In this document: piece after piece, positions 23,663 through 36,476 of the stretch
Numbering within the stretch: the stretch's first letter is position 1
Layout of the letters: the number at the start of each line of letters is the position of its first letter
Assembly: GCA_016748015.1 (NCBI GenBank)
Contig: JAAOMT010000200.1
Coordinates: 494,984-558,983, forward strand
Source: Geosiphon pyriformis uo1
Taxonomy: Eukaryota > Fungi > Glomeromycota
Length of the DNA stretch: 64,000 nucleotides
Direction of reading: 5' to 3'
Notes under the pieces: model-generated
Database searches by the model: none
What the model was told of the DNA's origin: nothing
Seen by the model: the letters and a program-made list of their open reading frames with translations, nothing else
Program-made: the position numbers and the translations under genes

Positions 23663-26600
23663 GTAGCTTGGGCAATTATTCAATATTTGCCACCAAGGCA
23701 AAGCAAACTATGCTATTTTACACCAATTTGCTTGTTGTAACTTTTAAAATTATATCAATAAAATAATAAATTAATGAATAAAGCAAACAATAATAGATTA
23801 ATATAAGTCTTATTATTGCAATACTTAAATGCAAATAGAGTTGACATTTTAAAATAATATTTGGGGCACCTTTTATAATCTGAAGTATCTTACATGTTTG
23901 ATTAAATATGAGATGACATCAGATGTTTATATCTAATATTATATGATTATAGTATAACTATAGAGAGTGAAAATTACTTATATTCTGCTATCATATTTGT
24001 GGGAATAGGAACTATAAGAAGATATATATAGTAAAAGTAACTATAAAGAGATAAAATTATATATAAATGGTTTTGGTTTTTAAAAAAATGTGATTATAAG
24101 AAGATAGTAACTATAATCAAAGAGACTATAGAGAGAGTTCACTATAGCTTCTTTTTAAGTACAAGTTTTTAGTTGTGATTTTTGGTTTGTATACTGGTGC
24201 TTCTATGGAAATCAGATTTGGTCTAGCTGTAAAAGTCAATTTTTTTATTGTTAAAGCAGTTAACTCTAGCAGTTTTGTGGTTTTGGGTAGAGATTTCAAT
24301 AAAGATAGATCTAAAAAAAGTGCAAATTTCAAGTTTTGTTTGGATTTAGGTTTGGTTAATGTATTTGGTAAACATTTATTGGTTAAAACTTTTATATGGA
24401 ACAACTCAAAGAGTATTAAGAAGATTATTGATTATGTTTTTGTAAGTAAGAGTTTGTTGTTAGTCATAAAGTTAAAAACATGTCTGATTTTTTTAATACT
24501 GATCACAAAGCTGTCTTGATTTTGATTGGTTTGAATGGTCTTTTGAATGTTTAGTTGAATTGTATTCAGAAACAGACTAACAAAAATTGCTGAAAGTTTA
24601 AATTAAAAGATGCAGATACAATTAGATAGACTTATTTCAAAGAATGTTTTTCTAATAAAATATCAATTGCAGTAAATGTGTTTATAGAGAAAAAGGTTTC
24701 TGAGAATTTGGATGCAATGTAAAACATATTGAAAAAAATGATAGTTGATTCAGCTGATGAGGTTTTTTTAGACATTGGTTTAGTGTTTTTGATTGCTTAA
24801 AAAATAAACATTCATCAAGATTTTTCAAGTTAGAACTGCTAGCTGCTAAGATGACTAAAGCTCTAAGATCAGAAAATGTGCTTAAGATTAAATCTCTGTT
24901 TCAAACTTGGTTGGTTATTAATAAAGACAAGGCTTTAGAGATGCAGAACATGGTTCAAAATAGTGTTAAGTTAATAAAAATTTTTAGTTATTTGTCTAAT
25001 ATGTAAAAAGATTATTATAGGTTCAAAATATATAAATTTAGAGCTTTTAAAGAAGCTACTATTAGATGTAAAATTGAGAAAAAAATAGAAAACTTCTGTT
25101 TAAACAAAGACCACATGATAAAAAATATATTAGAAAAGTCTTTTTGTAAGGTGGTGCTGGATCATTTAATAATTAATAATAAGCTGGTAGTTAAATCTGA
25201 AAATGTTAAAGTTAAGATTAATACTATTATAAAAGATTAAACCAAGAAATAAATAGTTTTTGGGTTTTTGTCTGGACTTTGGACCAATTAGTATGTTTTT
25301 TTGAGCCATGTAAAAAATAGTGTGTTTTTAGGTGTAATAAACATTATTAGTTTTGAAAAATTGGTTTAAGTGATTAAGAATTTGTTTAATAAAAAAGCTG
25401 CTAGTCTGAGTAGTATTTTCAATGAATTGTGGAAGCATTATGACAATGTTGTTCTCAGAAGTTTTTTAGTTCTTTTGAATCTATGTTTGGCTTTAAATAT
25501 GGTTTCAATTTTGTGAAAGAGAGTATAGGTTTTAATAATACCTAAACTTTATGAATGGAATAAAATTTTGACAAATACTCATTTTATTGCTTTTATTAAA
25601 ACAGCTCAAAAAATTCTCTTCAAGATTCTTTTGGATCAGATTTTTTTTGCTTACAGCAAATTTGGCATTTTTTATGGAGATAAATTTTCAGTTTTGAAAA
25701 GTATTTTGATATAGTCTTCCATTTTTGCAGTCAGTTTAGTAATTAATAATGTTCTAGAAAAGAACAGAAAAGTTTGGTTGGTTTTGTAAAACATGTGTAA
25801 AGTATATAACTCAGTTGGATAGCATTATTTAAAAGCTAGTTTGTAGTATATCAGAATGTATAAGAAGTTTATTGGTTTTTTTGGTAGTATTTATAAAAAT
25901 AGATTAAATAAGATTATAACAAACTTTAGTCTTATAGATAGTTATTAAATACATGATAGACTTGATCAAAGTGAGATTTTTTTCCTTTTTTTTTGGAGAA
26001 TTTTCTATAATCCATTTTTGTGTAAAGTTAAAAGACAGAAAAATTTGTGTGAATACCAAATTAATACCAGATTTTTAATTAAGACTGAAAAAGTAGAAAA
26101 TATAAAAGAAGTGATTTCATTTTTTGCAGCTGGTATTTTCATCAATAATACTATTTGGGTTGGAAGTAGCTAAGCTGTTACTTGACATATCTTAAACATT
26201 TCCAGTGAATTTTTTTCAATCAATAACATCTTGATTAACAATAATAAAACAGTAATTATTTTCATCAATCGGAGAATTAAAAATGTTTTTTTGAATATTA
26301 GTGAATTGTCTATTTTAGTTTTTGGAAGTGGTGTGCTTCACAAATATTTGGGAATTTTCTTGTCTATTGTTGGATTGTTTAAGTCCAGTTTGGCTAAGAC
26401 TTAATCTAATGTCAAATTTTTTTCTAATATGATTTTGAGAAAAACTATTACAATTAAACAGTTTTTGTATCTGGTCTTAGCAGTTTTGCAACTTATTATC
26501 AGCTATTATTTACAGTTTAGTTTCATTTCTCCAATAGTCTGTCATTAGTGAGATGTTTTAATTAAGAAGAGTTTTAGGTTGAAAGCTGATTTATCTAGAG

Positions 26601-28926
26601 ATTTTTCAAATAAGACATTGCATTATTTTTCTCTATATAGTCTAAAAACTTTTAAATAAATTTAGGCAAAAGAAAAAGTTGCTTTTGCTGTCATGTTTGT
26701 TAATGCTTCTGAAATCCTTGGTCAGCTTTTTAAGTACAGGTTTTTGGATTTGTAAGTTCTGAGTTGGGCTTCTTTAAACTTTTTGCAGCATTCTATAAGA
26801 TTATATGTCAATCTTTCTAACAATTTTTTGGCTAGTGTGGTCCATATTTTTTTGGACAATGATTTTTCTTTGGCAAATTTTTTGTCTTGTGCTTTTTATA
26901 GTTCTAATAGGTTTCTTATGTTAAGTGTCTTGAAAGCTTCTTTGTATTATGAAAAGATTAACTTTTTGAAACAATTTAGTGTGGCTTTTTGTGACAGACT
27001 TTTAAATAAGTAAGATGTAATTATAGATTAAAAAACTTTTTATTACTGAAAAAGACTAGATCCCAGGGAACCAGTGTCTTTTTGGTTTGTTTTGGCTTTG
27101 AAATTTTTGCATAACACTAGATTTGTCTCTTCTGGTTTGGGTTTTGCTTTAATGAATGATAGTGTTTTATCTTTAATTCAGTTTTTGTTTTTAAGGGATC
27201 ATCTTCTTAAAATCTGGTCAAATGAGTTTAATGTCTACATGAATGGCTTTTTGAAAAAATTAGGTTCTTTTGCTATAACTGGTAGAGCTGCTACATATTT
27301 TCTGGAAGTTGATTTGGGTTTTAGTATTAAGGTTATTGGTTTGTTGTTATCAACAATAATTGAATTACAAGCTGTATCTCTTGTTTAGAATGTGTATTAT
27401 TTTTTTGTACTGTAGTTGTGTATTTAAACAGCCAAACTGTTATGGATGCATGTGTCTTAGAGTTGAATATGTTAGATCCTGATTTTTATAACTGTTGCTA
27501 AATAGAAAAAAGACATATTACAAACTTGATTAGTATTAAAAATCTGTTGGTAGTTTGGTTAAAAGTCAAAAAACATTTTGGCATCTTGGATAATATTTGT
27601 GTAGAGCTTTAACAAGTGAAGCTGCTCATTTTTCTTTATTGTTGTCTAGCAATATACACAAATGCTTTGTTAAGACTAGTGAATTATTAGTATTTAACAA
27701 TATTTGTTATTTTGTTAGAGACATATATAGATTAATAGATCATGCTTATTAAAAGAATGGTTCTGGTTCTAGAGTGTTAAATGTTTTACTAAATTGTAAG
27801 TTTGATTGAATTTGGACTGCTGCTATTTGGCATTTGAATTCACATATATTAGCAGATTTGATGAATAAAACTTTGGCTGTTTTGTATATGTATTTTATAA
27901 AAATAGTACATAAGAGACTGCTTATTGCTGTTAGGAAGAGACTTTATAACAAAAAATATTTGGGTATTTTGTGCTTGCAGTGTGAAAAGATTGAGTTTTC
28001 TAATTATGTGTTTATATATTTTAAAGAGTCTAATTTTCATAAGAGAATTTTAATCAAGCATATTATTATTTGGAAGTTTTTGGTTAGATCTTATATTTTG
28101 TTGTCTTTTGTTGTTGTAAAATCTTTTTTTTTATGTGTGTTTGATGTTGGTCTGTATGTTTTTTTTTACAAGAGCTTTATGCTTATGGATTGGTATAGTG
28201 AAACTATGTAAGTGTTTGATAATTATAAGAAAACTGCCCAAATTCTGGTTAATTTTGTACATAATTTAAGTAAATAGCATCATTTTGAATTATGAAAATT
28301 TAAATCTAAATACCAGACAAATATAGAAAAAAATAGTTTGGTTGGTAATTTCAGAGTGTTGCCAATTGAGATTCACTATTTAATATTAGATTTGTCAAAT
28401 AGGGTGGCTTATTTGCTTAGTATTGATAATTTTTCAAGATTAACTTTGGTTTTTATAAGTTATATTGATTTTTTTCTGGTCTGAGCAGTGTAATAACAGT
28501 TTACATAAGGGCTTAGTATTGTTTTAATTGGTCTAAGTGACTAATCACATATAGAAAAAACATGAATTATATCTAGCTGAAATCTTTAGTCTTGACTTTG
28601 TATATTAAATAATAATTGGATTGTACTTGATAATTAAATAATAATAAAAATATTATTGTTTTTTTAAAATATTTAAAACCAAATTGGTTTATTTTTTTTA
28701 ATTATATAATTTCTAAAATTAATAAATTGCTTTTTTAAATTAAATATCAAATGTGTATTCTTTTTTAGTTTGTTAATAATTATTATTAAAAATATATATT
28801 TTGTTATTTTTAATTTAAAAAAATTTTAAATAATGTTTTTATAAAAACTAATATTTTATAAAAAGATTATATTTAATAAAAAATGAATAATACAAAAACT
28901 TTTTGTTTCCTTAATTTTATAACCAC

Positions 28927-29836
28927 TGTTACAGGTGATTATTTGAGGTCTCAGATTCAATAAAAAACTCATAATTTGGTGTTCAATTGATAAACTGGTT
29001 AATATTATTTGAAGGTTTTGGTGATCTGAAGGTTTTGTGATTGAGTTTTTTGTATAATGGACAGAGATTTGATGATGATGTTGTCATTGTTAATGAGTTA
29101 TTTTTCCAATTTTTTTCTTCAGCTTAGTGGCCAGTTTATTCTGGTAGTTGTGTCCTTCTGATAAGCTATTTGTTAATATCTATATAATATTACTCTTCTT
29201 TTGGGTCTTTTACCAGGCTATTTATAACATTAATAGTTCAGTACTTAATCTTTAATCAATTATTCAACACAACAAAATAAGGAAAAAAAATAAAAGAGAT
29301 AAAAAAAAAATAAAAAAAATAAGCCAAGACAATTTGCAAGTTAGTATTTCATTAATAGCCATGATCAAAAGCTATTGTTCTAGTGTGGTTAAGTATTAGC
29401 CACTATCAATATAAAGTGTTGATAGTAAAGAGTAAATTGAGATAGCAAATAATTATTTATTGATATTTGTAAATTGGAAAATTACTTAGATGAAATCTAA
29501 ACTAAGAGGTCTTGGTAGATGATTCTTTCTTGGGAATTTTAATAATTATGACCAATAAGTCTAATTAACTCTGAGTCTAATTAACTCTAAGAGTCTACTT
29601 GACTGATTTTCTAACTTCTGATACTACTGCTATATATACATAAATTTCATTGTACAAGATTTTTTGAATTTTTCAATTTTTTAGTCAAAAATTCTGTAAT
29701 TTCTCATATGAGAATCCTGTAATTCTGGAATTCTGCAATTCTTCTAAAAAGAATCCTGGAATTCCATTTTTACTATATCTATTTTGATTGGCTAATTTAT
29801 GTATTAATATATAATTTCTATATTCTATGAGTAACA
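28927..29836 (-). repeat. Solo LTR (910 bp), related to the LTRs of the 49708-59862 element
   Basis: TGTTAC...GTAACA termini and CCAC target duplication (28923-26, 29837-40). Minus strand starts TGTTACTCATA, as at 49708. Confidence 0.9.
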
Positions 29837-29979
29837 CCACACTCAGAACAAAAAGTAAAAAAGCTGTACCTAATATCTTTTCTGAAATATCTAATAAAAT
29901 TTTATCCAAAAGAGCTTTTTCTGTTATAAAAGCAACCAGACAAAATGTTTTAGAAGTCTTCTCTTTACTTAATAATCAT

Positions 29980-30994
29980 TGTTATGAATAAACTTGGTAG
30001 GATAAAGAAATAGAAATGTTTGGTGCTCTTAATTATTGATAATACATATTTTGTGTAATTCTATTGACTTAGTCTTGATTATTAGTCTCTGAAAGTCTTA
30101 TTTCTGGTTGTAAATTTATTCATTAAGTTTTTTGGTTATAAGACACAAAGGTTTGGTTTTTGCTAATTGCAACTTTTTTAAAAATGTGAGCTATTTTCTC
30201 TGAGCCAACAAGTGCAGTTGTTAGGATTTGGCATTGTTTTTTTACTCTTCTGGTAAGCTAACAAGATAATGTTAATATCCAACACTTAGGAGAAGCTTTT
30301 TTTTTTACCAGGCTATCACAAAGTCTATTCTTGGACAGTTGATTTTACTATGTTGCTACTCCACAAAAAAAAATAAAGAAAAAATAAAATAAAAAGAAGA
30401 TAAATTAGTATTGTCAATTGCCATAATCAAGAGTGACTGGTCCAAATTATTAATAGTTTGAAGTGGTTATGCTAAGAGCATCTGTCCTGAAATGAAAGTA
30501 CAAAACAATAGTTTAATTTATGTAAATTCCACAAAGTTTGAGAACATGAATTTGTGATTCTGATTTCTCAATAATTAATTTATTTCAAAAAATAAATATG
30601 AAATAGAATAAATAATGAAAAAAATAAGAATATTTGATTCTTGTCTAGTGGTTTGTATTTCTTTCATTCTTTTTTTTAATTTCTACAATTACTTGTTTTT
30701 ATATATTTTTTTGGTTTTACAGAATTGTTTTTGATTGTTTTGTTGTTGCTAACTATTGCTTTGCTATTTCTGTTATTGCTTTATTCTTTTACATTATTCT
30801 TAGTTATCCAATGTTATAACTTGTTATCTGGTATTATTACATATTATTCTGTATTATTTTATATTGTGCTGCATTATTCTATATTATCCTAAGTTATAAC
30901 ATATTATCTATGTTATTACATACTATTCTGTGTTATGTCACGTTTTGGTCATGTTTTTTCATAACTTTGGATCAGTTTTTCTATTCAGATAACA
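29980..30994 (-). repeat. Solo LTR (1015 bp), same family as 671-1767
   Basis: TGTTAT...ATAACA termini, TCAT target duplication (29976-79, 30995-98), colinear with 671-1767. Confidence 0.9.
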
Positions 30995-31048
30995 TCATGA
31001 AAAGCTGCCTTTAGTAGCTACTAAAGCAATTTTTTTATCTTTGGTTGG

Positions 31049-34000
31049 TGTTACCAAAAGATTTTCACACTTTTCAATACAAAAATTACAATACATACAA
31101 TAGAAATTAACATTAAAATCATGCAAAAAAGGCCTATATTATTCCACTTATTCAACAAATTAACCAACAATCTGAAAATAAATGATCAGCAATCAATCCA
31201 ATTACAACAAAAAAATATGGCACAATCCAACAGTTTAACTAAGTTGGATACAAAGAAATCTTGGCAAACTAAGAAATACCAATGAAAATGAATGATTAAC
31301 ACATGTAATCAGATAACAACAGGTTTTGTTATGCTCCAAAATTTTCATACACTCTTATTAGAACAATCTAACATTTTAGATCTGCAATCAATGGTTAAAA
31401 GTAGTTACCAAGAAATGTAATTAATTGATCTACTTCTGATTACATTGATCATAATTACAATTGGTATCATTGATTTACAATTAATGTTCTAAATCCAGCC
31501 ATCTAAATTTAATCATCTAAAAATCACTAGCTTTGAGAAAATAACATGCTGAGTAAGCTTATCATGAATTGATTAAATTAATATATATAAATAATTAATG
31601 TATTTTAAATAGTTTTAATATAGTATGTAGATTTGATGTAATTTAGCTATATATATACAGCTTTTCTGTTAGCTCAGGAAAGTATTAGTTCAATACTGAG
31701 CCAACTCTTTGCTATAGTTTTATAGTGAATGGTTAGTCCTCTCCTCTACTCTTATACTCTTTTTCTATGCTCTAAATACTTGTTATCACAATTTCAAGTA
31801 TGCTTTTCCATATTTCTTATCACTATTTGGAATCATGTTGTTTATAACCTTTTACTTACTTGTTATCACAATTTCAAGTATGCCTTTTTATATTCCTTAT
31901 TACCATTTGGAATCACATTATTTATAACTTCTTATTTATTTGTTAACAATATTATCAAGCTTTCTATTACTTTTGATCTTTTAAATCATGTGTTATCACC
32001 ATTTTACATTAAGTCTTGTTTTACCAAACAAGTTGTTTAAATATTAAAAATAAGTAATAAAGTATTACATTGTTAGAAAGTGGTCTCAACAATAAAAAGT
32101 TTAAATCTATTTCAGTTATGTTTTACTTTTACAATCTTTTTATAATTCTTATAACTTCATTTTCAAAGCGGGTATTTAAACACCACACCCTTTTGATAAC
32201 TAATTGAAAAAATTCTGGTTACAATTTTCTTAAGTAGTTTTAGTTTCTCCTTGTTGTTGGTTGCACTTCTAATACATATAAAGAGATGTGACTTTTTTTT
32301 TCCCTTTCAAATATCTAAAACTGGTTCTTGTCCAAAAACAAATAATAATGACAATACTTTCTTTTACTTTTAATGACTTTATCACGTAATTCTTTTTGCT
32401 TTTCCATTTACTGAAATAGTCCATACACTCATAATATGCTATAGTTAATAGCATAATCATAGTAATAGGTGTTACCAATTAAGCTAAGAAATGTTTTCTA
32501 ATACTGACAAAAACTACTGATAACATATAATGCCTCTTATTGTCAGTATAGAGACAACTATGAACATTTAAATGACTTTTAGATATTTTAAAAGACTTTA
32601 ATCTTCCCTAAAAAACAAGAAAAATTTAACAATTCACAAAAGCTCATTTTTTAAAGATGGAGAAAATATTACCAGAAGATTTTTACACTTTTCAATGCAA
32701 AAATTACAACACATACAATAGAAATTAACATTAAAATCATACAAAAAAGGCCTATATCATCACACTTAATCAACAAATTAACCAACAATCTGAAAATAAA
32801 TGATCAGCAATCAATCCAATTACAACAAAGAAATATGGCACAATCCAACAGTTTAACTAAGTTGGTTACAAAAAAATCTTGGCAAACTAAAAAACACCAA
32901 TGAAAATGAATGATTGATGCATGTAATCAGATAACAACAGGTTTTGTTATGCTCCAAAATTTTCATACACCCTTATTGAAACAATCTAACATTCCAGATC
33001 TGCAATTAATGGTTAAAAGTAGTTATTAAGAAATATAATCAATTGATTTATTTTTGATTATGTTGATCATAATCACAATTGGTATTATTGATTTACAATT
33101 AATGTTCTAAATCCAGCCATCTAAATCTGATCATCTAAAAATCACTAGCTTTGAGAAAATAACATGCCAAGTAAGCTTATTATGAATTGATTAAATTAAT
33201 ATATATAAATAATTGATGTATTTTTAGTCTTAATATAGTATGTAGATCTAATGTAATTTAGCTATATATATACAGCTTCTCTGTCAGCTCAGGAAAGTAT
33301 CAGTTCAATACTGAGCCAACTTTTTGCTATAGTTTTATAGTAAGCAGTTAGTCTTTTTCTCTATCTCTCACTCTTTCCTTCTTTCTTTTTATGCTCTAAA
33401 TACTTGTTATCACAATTTCAAGTATGTCTTTTTATATTTCTTATTACTATTTGGAATCATGTTATTTATAACTTCTTACTTACTTGTTAACAAAATTATC
33501 AAGCTTTCTATTACTTCTGATCTTTCAAATTATGTGTTATCACCATTTCACATTAAGTTTTATTTCATCAAACAAGTTGTTAAAATATTAAAATAAGTAA
33601 TAAAGTATTATGTTGTTAAAGAGTGGTCTTAACAATAAAAAGTTTAAATCTATTTCAGTTATGTTTTACTCTTATAATCTTTTATAATTCCTATAACTTC
33701 ATTTTTAAAGTGGGTATTTGAACACCATACTCTTTTGATGACTAATTGAAAAAATTTTGGTTATAATTTTTTTAAATAGTTTTGGTTTCTTCTTGTTGCT
33801 GGTTGTGCTTCTAATACATATAAAGAGATGTGACTTCTCTTTTCCCTTTCAAATACCTAAGACTGGTTCTTGCCCAAAAACAAATAATAATGACAATACT
33901 TTTAATGACTTTATCACATACCCCTTTTTACTTTCCTATTTACTGAAATAGTCCATACATCCATAATATGCTATAATCAGTAGCATAATAATGGTAATAG

Positions 34001-34057
34001 GTGTTACAAGTTTAGCTAAGAAATATTCTCTAATATTAACAAAAACCATTGGTAACA
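31049..34057 (+). mobile_element. Non-autonomous LTR element: LTRs 31049-32525 and 32667-34057 with a 141-bp interior
   Basis: Two long direct repeats with TGTTACC/TATTACC starts and TAACA ends. Interior begins TATAATGCCTC (decayed TGGTGCC-type PBS) and ends AAAGATGGAGAAAA (PPT). Target duplication TTGG/CTGG. Confidence 0.85.
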
Positions 34058-36476
34058 CTGGTTTTTTTCCAATTAAAGTTCCTTCAAAGAGACATATTTG
34101 AATTAGTTTCAATATTGCTTTTACCCCAACTAAGAGCCCTAAAGTTTTTAATAATAGGCTTGTAAACAAGCTGGTTTTTTCTTCTTTAGCTTTAGCATCT
34201 GGTGCTATTAGCACCACATCTTCAAAGAAAATAGTCAAAAAGACCAAAAGTTCAGAAAAGTGGGAGCAGTTGCTTGTTTCTGTTATTATTACATCAAACC
34301 CCTTTGTGGTTTCCAATAAAATCTTAAGTGAGATCTCTATAGCATCATTTGGCATGTCATCCAAGATAAGCTAAGATTAACCACTGACTGTGTTGTCAAA
34401 TGTGGTGTCTTCTGGCAGATTATTACTAGTTTTAAAAATAAAACAATCATTTCCTATAGTGTTATCTGTTTTTAAGAGCTGGGTTAACCAAATAAAAACT
34501 GAATTATCTTTTTCTCTGGTTTTTGGTATTGCTGCTGATGGTGCTTAGAAAACTATTGTTAGTCATCAAAAATTTGCTGGATAGGTGATCTTTACTTTGG
34601 TGCTTAATGCTACTTTCAAGATTAAATTGGCTTATGTTAAGACTGTTTTTCAGTTTGTGCATGGTTTTTTGGATGCAAAGTCAATTGCAAAAAATGGTGT
34701 AAAGCTCTTCTGTGTGAAGTTTGCTTCCTAAAGCTCTTTGAATACTGCATTTTTGGTTGAGCTTACAAGTTTTGTTTACCTTGCCACTCTTAAAATTGCC
34801 AAGTTTTTGGTAATTTCTGAGTCTGGCTTCCTTTTTGCTGCTGTTATACTACATGATATGCCTTTGAATGTGTTTGCTACTAACATTAAAACAGCTTTTA
34901 GTGTTTTTGGTATGATTATTCATGTTGTATTAAAGCTTATTGGCATTTGGCAATATGTGGTGGTTTATTTTGAAAATTTAGATTCTGTTATATCTGCTTT
35001 GAATCATTGATCAGTTTTGGTGAACAAAAATAGCATTAGAATTTTTCTTTTGATGAATCAAAATGAGACTATTTTGTCTTGTAATAGATTTAAGACCAAA
35101 TTGGTCAATCTTCTTTCTGACTGTACTGTTTTTGAAATTAATGATTTGATTTTCCAAGTTGGTGGTCAGACATGTTTTATTTTTTGTTTCTCTGATTCTG
35201 GTTGTTATTCCCAATTTACTCTGATTATGTTCAGTTCCCAAGTAGATCTGAATGTTGCTATATTTAAGACTAGTACACTAAAAAAATGTTGTATTTGATA
35301 AGAAACTTCTGGAAATTGGTGCTGTTTTCAGTGCTAAAATTTGGATTATCTGGCTTTAGATTGTAAGATGTCTTCACTTCTTCTTTTTAGAATTTCTAAT
35401 ACTTTTATTCTTTATGTTGTTCGTGACAAGTTTTATGCCAATGCTACTACTCTTGTGCCTTCTGTGGTCTCTTGTTTTTCTGTTGATTTGGTTTTATCTG
35501 TTAATATATCTGTTAATAATTCTGTGGTTTCTTTTTGGTTGTCCTCTTTGAAGTCTGAGTTAACCAAAAATTTTTCATTACCCTTTTCATCAAAAGTCAC
35601 AAGTTTTCTGACTTGGTTAACTCTATTATTGAATCTGTTAGTTCTATGATCAAATTATTTGAACAATTTGTTAATAGAAATTTAATTTTAAGTAGTGTTC
35701 TTGGCCTTAAGATCAATGAAATTTTGGTGTATATGAGTACTTTTAACAAAACTATTGATAAGCTAAAGTAAAAAGTAGTTGCTTTAAAAACTAAGTGTGG
35801 TTATAAAAACATTGATATGTCTGGTCTTTATATAAGTTTGTTTTCTGTTGATAATAATATGTTTTCTAACTTAATATCACTTTGGAAACATAAATCTGCT
35901 GTTGTAAAGACTAATGTCTTTAAAATGGTTGAGTGGCTGATTAAATTGTTTAGTGATAGTGTTATATTGTTTGAAATTGTTTAAAGAATGTCTTTTTTGG
36001 ATAATTTTTTTTCTAAGATTTTAGTGTAGTGTATTTTTGATTAGTCCAAGTAATTAGTCACATGTAGAAAGTACATAATTAATGCCTAATTAAGATTACT
36101 TAGTTTGATATATTATACTAAGTGGCTTTTGAACTGTACTTGTTAAGCAATAAAAAAATAAAAAATAAAAAATCTTGTAAATATTTAAATTAAAAGCATA
36201 ATTTTTGGTTATAAATTTGTTTTTTTGGTTTTTTAAAACTTTTAATTCAATAATTTATTAATAATAAAATATTGGTTTTTTAATTTAGTAAAAATATTTT
36301 ATTTTAAAACTATTATATATTTATTGTTAACTTTTTTTAATTTTTTTTTTTTTTTTACATTTATTGAGTGAAGTCCAAACACTACCTAATGCTATACATC
36401 AAATAATTGATCTAAATTAGGCATGAATCATGCACTTTCTACATGTGACTAGCCACTCAGGCCAATTAGAACAACA

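Larger units (their letters stand above)
22388..24144. mobile_element. Non-autonomous Tc1/mariner-type (pogo-like) DNA transposon with TA target duplication
   Basis: TA|CAGTAAACTCTCTTTAT ... ATAGAGAGAGTTCACTA|TA, an imperfect ~17-bp TIR. ACTATA(A/G)A subterminal repeats at both ends. The LINE sequence rejoins on removal. No transposase seen. Confidence 0.8.
20163..28650 (+). mobile_element. Full-length degenerate LINE, interrupted in the APE domain by a TIR element
   Basis: ORF1 from ~20221 (KKFFALNINLSAV), ORF2 from ~22086, APE resumes at 24147 (FGLYTGAS, LGRDFN), RNase H (NVYMNG, IIELQAV), 3' tail ~28513-28650. Confidence 0.9.
28886..36160 (+). mobile_element. ORF1-only element, copy 2, split by three LTR insertions
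   Basis: Host segments 28886-28926, 29837-29979, 30995-31048 and 34058-36160 concatenate colinearly with copy 1 (KSKKAVPNI, KKTKSSEKW, AFLVELTSFV, GIWQYVVVYFE). Same 3' tail at ~36025-36160. Confidence 0.85.
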
